Assembly (NCBI GenBank): GCA_025457965.1
Contig: JALOTJ010000002.1
Coordinates: 1-59,364, forward strand
Source of the DNA: Spirochaetota bacterium
GTDB lineage: Bacteria; Spirochaetota; UBA4802; UBA5368
Length of the DNA: 59,364 nucleotides
Direction of reading: 5' to 3'
The notes beneath the pieces were generated by a model. It saw nothing but the letters and a program-made list of their open reading frames with translations, had not been told where the DNA came from and did no database searches. Positions 36,037-44,699 of this stretch are shown here, piece after piece; within the stretch, counting starts at the first letter, position 1; each line of letters opens with the position of its first letter. Both the position numbers and the translations under genes were made by a program.

Positions 36037-37968
36037 TTACCAGCCCCCGCCTCCACCTCCGCCTCCGCCTCCGCCGGAAGACCCTCCGCCTCCGCCGCCG
36101 GAACTCGAGCCCGGCGCGGTAGCGGAAGACGAGATGGCGCTGCTGAAGGAGTTTCCCAGCGACGAGGCGAATTCCCCGGTGCCGATGTGCGCGAGGGACG
36201 CCCCGCTGTACCAGGATGGTGAGTAGGCTCCGGCCGCGGCCGATTCCGCAAGCATGCCTGAGAAATATTCCGCCCAACGGTTTTCAACGCCGAGGGCGAT
36301 TGCGTAAGGAAGGAACCGTTCGAATGTCGCCGGTGTTTTCTCGGGCGGCATAACCGCGTTGAGGCGGTCGCGCTCGGCAACGTTCAGGAAGAGCCTGAAT
36401 CCTTCGATTTTATCCATAAGGGCTCGCCCGGTCCGGGTGGGCGCCTTAAGGAGATGATAAAACAGGAAGTTTACCAGCGCCAGGCAGATCGTTGTAAGCA
36501 AAATCCACGGGCTCCCCGATTGTAGATAAATTACAAGAACGACGATCTCGGCGCCGACAAACGGCAGCGCGAAGAGCGTCAGGAATACGGCCCCGCCCGA
36601 GGCGAAGACCTTCCTGATACCTCCCCTCATTCGCACCGCCTCACGCCAGGCGGCCGTCACTTTCCAGAGCAGCAACACGACGCCGATGCTCCAGAACGCG
36701 AGCCAGATCAGCAGGAAGGTCTCCGGAGACTCGAGGAATCCGAAGACGATTGAGATGGCTATAACGGTGACTGACAATAGAAGCCCCGGCACGAAATACG
36801 CCACGTTTCTGAGGAAATACTGCTTCTCGTAATTAAGCGATAGTGTCCGACGCGCCGCCTTGATGGCCCCGGAGATGCGGGAGTGGTTTGCGGTTTCCAG
36901 TGCGATGCTTTTATCCTTCCCGAACAGTTTTTCGAGTATCTTCTTTTCCTCCGGGGTCAGGTCGGAGCCTTCCCCGTCGAGCTTCCGCAGGGTGTACACG
37001 CCATCGTCGTCGCTGATTGTGCAATGGCCCCGGACCGCCATTCCCACGATGGCGGCGGCAAATGCGCGGTTATCGTAGCCCATTTGCGATACGAAACGCA
37101 GGGCGGCGGGAGAGAGGCCGTCGGGAGCTGCGTACAACGGTATGATGACACCCTTGCGCGGATCCCGCCCTGCGAGCACCCAGGCAACCATATAATATAA
37201 AAGAACAAGGAAGAATCCTCCAATGCCCGTGACCGCTCCCATGTTGTCATGAAGGAATCGCTCGCGTTGGCGCAGGTGATCCGGAGGATCTATCAGGTCC
37301 GCCGGCCAGCGGACCGCGATAGTGAGCCCCTCGCCGGGGGCGAACATTTTCGATGAAGAAAAGTGAACCGCGCCTGAGGCATTGATTGAAGAAGAATAGC
37401 TCCGGCCCTTTTCACCCTCCACGCCCGTATAAGCCTCGTGCGAAATAACGTGTCCCCGTGCGCCACGGGGCAGGATAAGCTCGGCGGTGGCCGAATCGAT
37501 TGTGAATTCCCACTGGTTTCCGGTGACGTTCCAGTACAACTCGGTAAAATCGTGAGAGAAACCGAGCTGGAAATCGGTCGTATAGGTCAGAGAGTAGGTG
37601 TAAATATCCGGGTCCAGGTAAACGTTTTCACTGCCGATATAGACACGCTTTCCGCGATCAATGCTTTCAACGTGGAAAGGCTCGGGATGTCCGTCCCTCT
37701 GCACCTCGACTACATCGAACGGTACGGACTTGTTGAATCCGAATTTTCCCCTGTATATGGTCGGGAAGTCGCGGTAAATGCCGCGCTTTATGCGATCGCT
37801 CGCGCTGCGGACGGTGATGATCTCGGTCACCCTGAGGCTGCCGTCCTCGCGCACAATGATGGTGCTGTCGAAACGAAGTATCCGCTCGTCGCCCTGGCCG
37901 CGGACACTTGTGCCACCAAGTGTTACCGCGACGGCCAGGAGGAGAATTATCAGTTTTTTTCCGTTCAT
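36037..37968 (-). CDS. DUF2207 membrane protein
   Basis: Signal peptide, GIYRDFP, ELYWNVTG..W, FERFLPYAIALG, Gly-rich GGGGW end; downstream of lemA. Confidence 0.92.
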   Translation of the reverse strand: MNGKKLIILLLAVAVTLGGTSVRGQGDERILRFDSTIIVREDGSLRVTEIITVRSASDRIKRGIYRDFPTIYRGKFGFNKSVPFDVVEVQRDGHPEPFHVESIDRGKRVYIGSENVYLDPDIYTYSLTYTTDFQLGFSHDFTELYWNVTGNQWEFTIDSATAELILPRGARGHVISHEAYTGVEGEKGRSYSSSINASGAVHFSSSKMFAPGEGLTIAVRWPADLIDPPDHLRQRERFLHDNMGAVTGIGGFFLVLLYYMVAWVLAGRDPRKGVIIPLYAAPDGLSPAALRFVSQMGYDNRAFAAAIVGMAVRGHCTISDDDGVYTLRKLDGEGSDLTPEEKKILEKLFGKDKSIALETANHSRISGAIKAARRTLSLNYEKQYFLRNVAYFVPGLLLSVTVIAISIVFGFLESPETFLLIWLAFWSIGVVLLLWKVTAAWREAVRMRGGIRKVFASGGAVFLTLFALPFVGAEIVVLVIYLQSGSPWILLTTICLALVNFLFYHLLKAPTRTGRALMDKIEGFRLFLNVAERDRLNAVMPPEKTPATFERFLPYAIALGVENRWAEYFSGMLAESAAAGAYSPSWYSGASLAHIGTGEFASSLGNSFSSAISSSATAPGSSSGGGGGGSSGGGGGGGGGGGW

Positions 37969-37984
37969 ATCCGGTGTCTCCGCT

Positions 37985-38536
37985 TCAGAACCTGACCTGC
38001 GGCGCCTCTCGCTCCACGGCCGATTCGATTTCGAAGAAGGCCGCCGGCTGGAATCCGAACTTTTTCCCGACGAGCGAACTGGGAAAAGACTCGAGCAGGA
38101 TGTTGAAATCGCGGGCGGTGCCGTTATAATAGCGGCGCGCCAGCTGAAGCTGGTCCTCAATTTCAGAAAGCGAGTTTTGCAGGCCGCTGAAATTTTCACT
38201 TGCACGGAGCTGGGGATATGCCTCGGCGACAGCCAGGAGTTTTCGGAGCCCGAGGGAAAGGGCGTTTTCCGCATCGACCTTCGCGTCCGGTCCCTCTGAG
38301 CCCATGCAGCGGCTGCGTAGGGCGGCAACCTCTTCCATGAGCTTTTTCTCGTGTGAGGCATAGCCTTTGACCGTCTCGACCAGGTTGGGGATGAGGTCGT
38401 AACGGCGCTTCAGTTGAACGTCGATACCGCTCCATGCCTCACGGAGCATGTTACGAAGGGCGACGAAACGGTTGTAGGTGATGATGACCCAGAGGATGAG
38501 GACGGCGAGTGCTCCCGCCGCTATGATGACGTACAT
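37985..38536 (-). CDS. lemA: LemA family protein
   Basis: WSGIDVQLKRRYDLIPNLVETVKGYA.HE, EAYP.L.A..NF, RRYYN. Confidence 0.95.
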   Translation of the reverse strand: MYVIIAAGALAVLILWVIITYNRFVALRNMLREAWSGIDVQLKRRYDLIPNLVETVKGYASHEKKLMEEVAALRSRCMGSEGPDAKVDAENALSLGLRKLLAVAEAYPQLRASENFSGLQNSLSEIEDQLQLARRYYNGTARDFNILLESFPSSLVGKKFGFQPAAFFEIESAVEREAPQVRF

Positions 38537-38665
38537 TGGCTACCCCCTTGGCGATAGTATCCGCGTATGCTAGCACAGGCCTTCGCGGAAGGCAAGACTA
38601 AATCAAAAAAGATATTGCGCGGAAGCGGCCCTGACGCTGATACTGCGCGTTGACGGTGACAGATA

Positions 38666-39625
38666 GTGCCAATGGAAGAGCGCATCAACGAAACGACGGT
38701 ACCGCGCGAACACAAACGGGAGAGGCTCGACGTCTACCTCTCCAGGCGCTTCACCTACCTCAGCCGTTCGGCATGGCGGAGGGAAATAGAGCGGGGGAGC
38801 GTTTTCCTGAACGCCGCGAGGGTTGAATCGCCGAACACCCGCGTGAGAGGCGGTGACATCCTGCGCTTCGACGGCAGGGGGTACGCCGAACCCGCGGTGG
38901 ACGAGCGCATAACGGTGCTCTACGAGGACGACCATCTGGTATGCGTCGACAAGCCGGGGGACCTCCCCGTACACCCCGCGGGAAGGTATTTTAACAATAC
39001 GCTGGTGCGCATAATGGAGGCGCGGCACGGCGGAACCTATTTCCCGGCCCACCGGCTCGACCGGGAGACGTCGGGAGTGATTCTGCTGGCGAAGCGTCGT
39101 GATGTAGCCTCGAAGATCCAGCGGGAGTTCGGGAACGTGACAAAGAGCTATGTTGCGATCGTTTACGGCAGGCCGACCGAACGGGAATTCGAGGTTGATA
39201 TTCCGATAGGGGACGACCCCGTAGCCGAGATTAAAAAAAAGCGTATCGCCTCACCGGGCGCCGCCGAGAGGGCTCGCACGCGTTTCAGGACACTCTTCAC
39301 CTTCGGCGATTATTCACTGGTGCGGGCGTTTCCAGAAACGGGCAGGCTTCACCAGATTCGCGTGCATCTGTTGCACGCGGGTCACCCGATCGTCGGGGAC
39401 AAGTTGTACGGCCGGGACGAACAACTCTTCGTACGTTTTGTAAAGGAGGGCCTGAGCGATGAGCTGCTGGCCCTGCTCGAGATGCCGCGTTCGGCGCTTC
39501 ATTCCCGTTCGCTTCTTTTTTATCATCCCGTGCTGAAAAAGGATCTCATGATCAAAGCTCCGGTGCCGAGGGATTTCAGGGAATTCATTTCATCAAAGGG
39601 CGTGCGACCATGGCCGAGCCGGTAA
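38666..39625 (+). CDS. RluA/RluD-family pseudouridine synthase with S4 domain
   Basis: RLDVYL, DKPGDLPVHP, HRLDRETSG, TGRLHQIRVH, HPIVGD.LY. Confidence 0.93.
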   Translation: MPMEERINETTVPREHKRERLDVYLSRRFTYLSRSAWRREIERGSVFLNAARVESPNTRVRGGDILRFDGRGYAEPAVDERITVLYEDDHLVCVDKPGDLPVHPAGRYFNNTLVRIMEARHGGTYFPAHRLDRETSGVILLAKRRDVASKIQREFGNVTKSYVAIVYGRPTEREFEVDIPIGDDPVAEIKKKRIASPGAAERARTRFRTLFTFGDYSLVRAFPETGRLHQIRVHLLHAGHPIVGDKLYGRDEQLFVRFVKEGLSDELLALLEMPRSALHSRSLLFYHPVLKKDLMIKAPVPRDFREFISSKGVRPWPSR

Positions 39626-40131
39626 TACCGCACAGGGCGAAACTCTTCGCCGGCATCATCACCGCCTCGGGCGAGCTCGCTCAGTCAGCCGAGGCGGTGA
39701 TGGTAAAAAAATATGGCGAAATAGATTTTAAAACGGCGAAGATTCCCTTTACTCATACCGAATACTACGGCGGCATGGGGCGGGATCTGTTCAGGGTGTT
39801 TCTCTCGTTCAGAAAACTCGTCCGGCGCGAGGACATAGTGGAGATCAAACTCTTCAGCAACCGGCTGGAGAAAAAGCTGTCGGGCCGGGAGAAGCGAATC
39901 ATCAACATCGATCCGGGATATCTTACCTTGTCGAATGTCTTTCTTGCCTCGTGCAAGGAGTATTTTCACAGGGCCTATCTTCGCGAGGGAGTCTATCTTG
40001 AAAATGAATACAGGTTCGTGGCCCGACATTACGAGCCGTGGGACTGGACATATCCCGATTATCGATCGCGGGAGTATCTCGATTTTTTCCACGGGGTGCG
40101 GAGATTGTATGTACAGCAGCTTAAGAAATAA
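39610..40131 (+). CDS. DUF4416 family protein
   Basis: F.HT.YY..MG, NIDPGYL, H RAYL..GVY, WTYPDY. Confidence 0.85.
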   Translation: MAEPVIPHRAKLFAGIITASGELAQSAEAVMVKKYGEIDFKTAKIPFTHTEYYGGMGRDLFRVFLSFRKLVRREDIVEIKLFSNRLEKKLSGREKRIINIDPGYLTLSNVFLASCKEYFHRAYLREGVYLENEYRFVARHYEPWDWTYPDYRSREYLDFFHGVRRLYVQQLKK

Positions 40132-40313
40132 TGACCTGGCCATGTCATTATTATGACGAAAATATATATCTTGACTAAAATCAGCGGCTCCCGTTTACTT
40201 TACCCTGAAATTTTCGGAGCCGTCCGGAGGCGCGTCATGCGTGATGCTTCCGGAAAAAACGGAAATTCGCGGCGATCGGCACACGAATCTCGTGCGGGCT
40301 ACGACAGCAACCC

Positions 40314-40784
40314 ATGATCCTATCGGAATACCTTAAAAAGAGCAATATCATCATCGGCTCGCAGTCGAAAACGCGCTGGGACCTGATCCAGGAGATGCTC
40401 GAACTCGCGGTCAGGAACAAAGACGTCAGGGAGGAAGACAGCGAGGCTGTAAAAAAGGCCCTGGTTGAGCGCGAAAAGTCCATGAGTACGGGGATCGGCA
40501 AGGGCGTGGCTATCCCGCACTGCACTTCGGCGCGGGTGGAGGACATCATCATAGTCCTCTCGCTCTGTGAAAACGGCATCGATTTTGACGCCATCGACAA
40601 CCTTCCGGTGAAGATCGCTATTCTGCTGCTCGTTCCCAAGAACAAGCTGACGCAGCACATCAAGACGCTCGCCAATATCGCCCGCATCATGAACAATGAC
40701 GTAATACGCGAAGAGCTTCTCGCCCAGAAGACCGCCGACACCGTGCTTAGAACGATCAAGAAGTACGAAACCGTTAAGAAGTAG
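40314..40784 (+). CDS. ptsN: PTS EIIA (nitrogen/fructose-type) component
   Basis: EREKSMSTGIGKGVAIPH (phospho-His), GIDFDAID. Confidence 0.85.
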   Translation: MILSEYLKKSNIIIGSQSKTRWDLIQEMLELAVRNKDVREEDSEAVKKALVEREKSMSTGIGKGVAIPHCTSARVEDIIIVLSLCENGIDFDAIDNLPVKIAILLLVPKNKLTQHIKTLANIARIMNNDVIREELLAQKTADTVLRTIKKYETVKK

Positions 40785-40790
40785 CGCCAC

Positions 40791-41840
40791 ATGGAAAACC
40801 TTTCACGCCTCGTGAACGCGGACAGGCTCTCCGAGGACAGGGAAGAGCAGTCGTTGCGCCCGTCAAGCCTCGATGAGTTCGTGGGCCAGCGGAAGATCGT
40901 CGATAACCTCCGCGTTTTCATACAGTCGGCCCGTATGCGTAAAACCCCGCTCGACCATGTGCTCCTCGCCGGGCCCCCGGGGCTGGGGAAGACCACGCTC
41001 GCGTTTATAATCGCGAAGGAGCTGGGGGTGAACCTCCGCGCGACCTCCGCGCCGGTTATCGACAAGGCGGGCGACCTTGCCTCCATCCTCACGGGACTCG
41101 AGGAGAACGACGTCCTCTTCCTCGACGAAATTCACCGCCTTTCTCCCGCCATAGAGGAGATACTCTATCCCGCGATGGAGGATCGCTCGCTTGATATCAT
41201 CATCGGTCAGGGCGTGGGCGCGAAGACCATCAAGATCAACCTGGCGCCGTTCACGCTGGTCGGCGCGACGACCCGAACGGGTCTGCTCACCTCGGCGCTC
41301 CGCGACCGCTTCGGTATCCCGCTGCGGCTCAATTACTACGAAATCGAAGATCTTAAAAACATCGCCGACCGTTCGGCCCGCATCCTCGGCTGCCCCATAC
41401 GGGACGACGCCGCCGCTGAGCTGGCGAAGCGCTCGCGCCGTACGCCGCGCATCGTAAACCGCCTGCTCAAGCGAGTGGCGGACTTTGCCGTCGTTGAAAA
41501 ACGCGACACGATCGACCTGGAGATAACCAGGTTCGCGCTGGACAGGCTCGACATCGACGTGCTGGGCCTTGACGACATGGACCGAAAAATCCTGTCGGTC
41601 ATCATCGATAAGTACGACGGCGGACCGGTTGGCGTTAAAACTATCGCGATTTCCGTTGGAGAGGAAATCGATACGATTGAGGACTTCTACGAGCCCTTCC
41701 TGGTGCAGAGCGGTCTCCTGAACCGAACGCCCAGGGGCAGGGTCGCCACTCGAAGCGCGTATGAACACCTGCGAAAAAAATACACGGGCGCGTGCGGCCA
41801 GACTGCCCAGGGCGGACTGTTTCAGGAAGAGGAGGAGTAA
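40791..41840 (+). CDS. ruvB: Holliday junction branch migration helicase RuvB
   Basis: [40 protein letters not shown]. Confidence 0.97.
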   Translation: MENLSRLVNADRLSEDREEQSLRPSSLDEFVGQRKIVDNLRVFIQSARMRKTPLDHVLLAGPPGLGKTTLAFIIAKELGVNLRATSAPVIDKAGDLASILTGLEENDVLFLDEIHRLSPAIEEILYPAMEDRSLDIIIGQGVGAKTIKINLAPFTLVGATTRTGLLTSALRDRFGIPLRLNYYEIEDLKNIADRSARILGCPIRDDAAAELAKRSRRTPRIVNRLLKRVADFAVVEKRDTIDLEITRFALDRLDIDVLGLDDMDRKILSVIIDKYDGGPVGVKTIAISVGEEIDTIEDFYEPFLVQSGLLNRTPRGRVATRSAYEHLRKKYTGACGQTAQGGLFQEEEE

Positions 41841-41844
41841 TACC

Positions 41845-42207
41845 GTGGCGACGTATCTGATCGCGATTGCAATAGGGACCGTCGCCGGTATGGCGAGCGG
41901 TCTTATGGGCATCGGCGGGGGCGTGGTTATCATTCCCGCCCTCATTCTTATGCTGGGCTTCGATCAGCATCTGGCGCAGGGCACCTCGCTTGCCGCAATG
42001 GTTCCACCGATCGGTTTACTGGCGGCGTACGTGTACTATAAAAGCGGCCATGTCAACATACCGGTATCCGCGCTCATCGCCGCGGGTTTCATCGCAGGCG
42101 GCATGTTCGGGGCAAAGATCGTGGTGAATATCGATGCGGGCGTTCTACGGAAGGTGTTCGGTGTGGTGCTGCTCCTGTTGTCGCTCAAGATGATACTTGG
42201 GAAATGA
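41845..42207 (+). CDS. TSUP/TauE-SafE family membrane protein (half-size)
   Basis: SGL.GIGGGV..IPAL, QH.AQGTSL; GTG start after GGAGGAG. Confidence 0.85.
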   Translation: MATYLIAIAIGTVAGMASGLMGIGGGVVIIPALILMLGFDQHLAQGTSLAAMVPPIGLLAAYVYYKSGHVNIPVSALIAAGFIAGGMFGAKIVVNIDAGVLRKVFGVVLLLLSLKMILGK

Positions 42208-42211
42208 GGCT

Positions 42212-42889
42212 TCAGTGCGCGCGCACGGCGGCCGTTTTTTTTGCCGTTGGACGTCCCTGGTCCACTGCGAGGCGTGAAAGGCCCTGGATAAAGTGCCTGG
42301 CGGCGTAGCGGTACAGTTCCTCGAAGTTTTCATGCCGGTACATCGTGTTCTTGAGTTTCCTGAACTGTATCAGTCCATGCAGCGAGCCCCAGAAATAAAG
42401 CGCGGAGTTCTTGATATTCACCTCCGCGAAATCGCCGTCGGTGATGCCCTGTTTGATCGCATCCTCCACCATCATGAGAATCCTGTTGCCGTGCTTGTCG
42501 ATCCTGTTCTTTAGGTTCGGGGGGAAGATGACGTCGGGCGATGATATGAAATAATTAAAGATGTCGAAATACTTTTTGTGGTTGCGTGAGAAGTCGAGAT
42601 AGGCCTGCGCCATCCTGACAAGCCTTTCGGCGGCGCGGTCGCCACTTTTCCCGGCTTCTTCCACCTCCGCATAAAGGATATCGAGTCCCTCCTCCTGAAG
42701 GGTGGCGAATATCTCCTCTTTGCTGGAAAAATACAGGTAGATCGTACCGACCGACAGTTCGGTGAGTTTCGCTATCTGGTGTACCGAGGTGGACGTGATT
42801 CCTTCCTGGAAGAGGAGGGTGCGCGCGGCGTCGAGGATCGCGATCCGCCGCTCCTCTTTTTCGCGGGTCTTTCTTTCTTTAATTCCCAT
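42212..42889 (-). CDS. TetR/AcrR family transcriptional regulator
   Basis: ERK.REK..RR..ILDAA..L, IA...ELSVGTIYLYF.SKEEI. Confidence 0.93.
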   Translation of the reverse strand: MGIKERKTREKEERRIAILDAARTLLFQEGITSTSVHQIAKLTELSVGTIYLYFSSKEEIFATLQEEGLDILYAEVEEAGKSGDRAAERLVRMAQAYLDFSRNHKKYFDIFNYFISSPDVIFPPNLKNRIDKHGNRILMMVEDAIKQGITDGDFAEVNIKNSALYFWGSLHGLIQFRKLKNTMYRHENFEELYRYAARHFIQGLSRLAVDQGRPTAKKTAAVRAH

Positions 42890-42938
42890 GATGGAACAAC
42901 CCTTACGGGGAATGGCCTTCGGCGGTTCCCCGTGTTCG

Positions 42939-43316
42939 TTATTTATCTACATATTCTATCAGCTGTATGAACTCGCCGTCCGGCCCCTGGATGAACGAAG
43001 TCCAGCGATCGGGCCTGGGCTGGAGAGGGTCGAAGGCGACGGTTACGCCCCGTTCCCTCAGCATGGCCACGAGCCCCTTTATATCATCCACCGTGAGGCT
43101 GAAGTGGTACATCCCGGTCTGGACGCTCGCATTGGCCTGGACGTCGCCGGGATTGCCCGGTTCGATCTCGATGCTGAAATCGTCGTTTCCGACAAAGTAA
43201 AATTTCTTGCCGAGGATGTCAACTTCATCTACTATTCGAAGTCCCAGGATATCGCAGTAAAATCCGAGCGATTTCGAGAGATCGGCCGCCTTTATTCCGA
43301 GGTGGTTCCACTTCAT
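42939..43316 (-). CDS. VOC/glyoxalase family protein
   Basis: NHLGI, FY.DILGL, IE, YHFSL.VDD, GPDGE.IQL. Confidence 0.9.
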   Translation of the reverse strand: MKWNHLGIKAADLSKSLGFYCDILGLRIVDEVDILGKKFYFVGNDDFSIEIEPGNPGDVQANASVQTGMYHFSLTVDDIKGLVAMLRERGVTVAFDPLQPRPDRWTSFIQGPDGEFIQLIEYVDK

Positions 43317-43318
43317 CG

Positions 43319-44557
43319 TCAGCCCCCGATCTTCTTTTTCACCAGCCCGAAACATACGGCGGCGACGTCGAAGGTCTTTTTGAGGTCCTCGTCGGTTATG
43401 GCAGCGCAGACGAACCAGTTATGGTGCGGATGGAAGAAAATGCCCCTGCGTGCCGCCTCCCCGCAAAAGTAGCGGTTGGTCTCGAAAGACGCGTCGTTTT
43501 CAAAGGTCATGTAGGGCATGGCGGGAGGGCCCGAAAGCGTGACCTTTACACCGGCCGTGGAAGCCGCCTCTTCGAGTCCCTTCATGAGCTTTTTGCCCAT
43601 GGTGTCGATCTTCTCAATGGCACCGCTCGATTTGATCTCGTCGATCGTGGCGATGGCCGCGGCAAACGGGACCCCCGAGAAAAAGTGAGTGCCGGAAAAG
43701 TAGACCTTCTCGGCGGAGGGCTTGAGATCTGAGAGCCCGGCCGCAACCGCTATCGGATACCCGTTTGCCATTGCCTTGCCGAAGGTTTGCAGGTCGGCGT
43801 TGAATCCGTAATGCTTCGCGCTTCCCGACAGGTCGAGACGAAATCCGCAGCGTATGTCATCGACGATGATGTCGAAGCCCTCGCTCTTCGCGGTCGCGTT
43901 GACGGCGTCGACGAATTCTTTCGCGGGGAGGTCCTGGTCGCGGAGCGCGTCATGCCGGTGCGGCGTGAGGATGACGGCGGCGACTTTCCCCCTGTTCTCG
44001 TTGACGACGCGCTTGAAGTCGGCGACGTCGTTGTATTCGAAATACGCCAGGTGCGTTTTCCACTCGGCCGGGACGCCCTCGCCGTGGGTCTGGCACCAGA
44101 AGTGCGAGCCGTGGTAAGAGCCATGTGCAATCAGGATGACCGTTTTGCCGGTGTGTGCGCGCGCGACGGTGATCGAGTACGAGGTTACGTCTGAACCGTT
44201 CTTGCCGAAAACGCACCAGTCGGCTCCGTGTATGGTCTGCACCATTTTCTTCGCCAGCGGAAGCCAGAGGTCAGAGGGAAGCGTGAAGCAGTCGGCGTTC
44301 TCCTGCTGCTTGCGCGCGGCCGCATCAATTTTTGGGTGCTTGAGTCCGAGAAGGTTCGTTCCGAACGAACACATGTAGTCGATATATTCATTGCCGTCGA
44401 CGTCCCAGATGTGGCAGCCTTCGCCGTGTTTGAGGAACGCGGGGTATGAGCCGAAAGTGAGGAACATCGGGCTTCTGGGGCCGTAAATGCCGTTGGGAAC
44501 GTATTTTTTCGCCTCCTCGAACATTTCATACGATTTGGTGAATTCATAGAGCTTCAT
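43319..44557 (-). CDS. Class III PLP aminotransferase (GSAM-like / beta-amino-acyl aminotransferase)
   Basis: WDVDGNEYIDY, KNGSD, YHG, DDIR.GFR, FGKAMANGYP, SGT; GGAGG SD. Confidence 0.9.
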   Translation of the reverse strand: MKLYEFTKSYEMFEEAKKYVPNGIYGPRSPMFLTFGSYPAFLKHGEGCHIWDVDGNEYIDYMCSFGTNLLGLKHPKIDAAARKQQENADCFTLPSDLWLPLAKKMVQTIHGADWCVFGKNGSDVTSYSITVARAHTGKTVILIAHGSYHGSHFWCQTHGEGVPAEWKTHLAYFEYNDVADFKRVVNENRGKVAAVILTPHRHDALRDQDLPAKEFVDAVNATAKSEGFDIIVDDIRCGFRLDLSGSAKHYGFNADLQTFGKAMANGYPIAVAAGLSDLKPSAEKVYFSGTHFFSGVPFAAAIATIDEIKSSGAIEKIDTMGKKLMKGLEEAASTAGVKVTLSGPPAMPYMTFENDASFETNRYFCGEAARRGIFFHPHHNWFVCAAITDEDLKKTFDVAAVCFGLVKKKIGG

Positions 44558-44653
44558 AATGACAACCTCCACAGGGTAAACGCCCATCACCGCACTGTCC
44601 GCGCCGCTTCTGTAATGGCGGGGGAGCGGGAGTACTATGCATGAGGCATTATT

Positions 44654-44691
44654 ATTAAATAGTCACTATTTATTAAATGAATACCATTCAT
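44654..44691. promoter_or_regulatory. Tandem palindromic operators, likely bound by the operon's TetR
   Basis: TAAATAG-tca-CTATTTA (44656-44672) and ATGAAT-acc-ATTCAT (44677-44691), just downstream of a minus-strand TTGACA overlapping the copA stop. Confidence 0.6.
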
Positions 44692-44699
44692 GTATTGTG

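Noticed and set aside
36040-36100. CCGCCT/CCTCCG tandem repeat
   Set aside because: It encodes the normal poly-Gly C-terminus of DUF2207 proteins; not a CRISPR or contingency repeat
37969-38361. N-terminal extension of the 774-aa ORF overlapping lemA (possible frameshift fusion)
   Set aside because: The signal peptide begins at MNGKK (37968); the extension is off-frame lemA sequence
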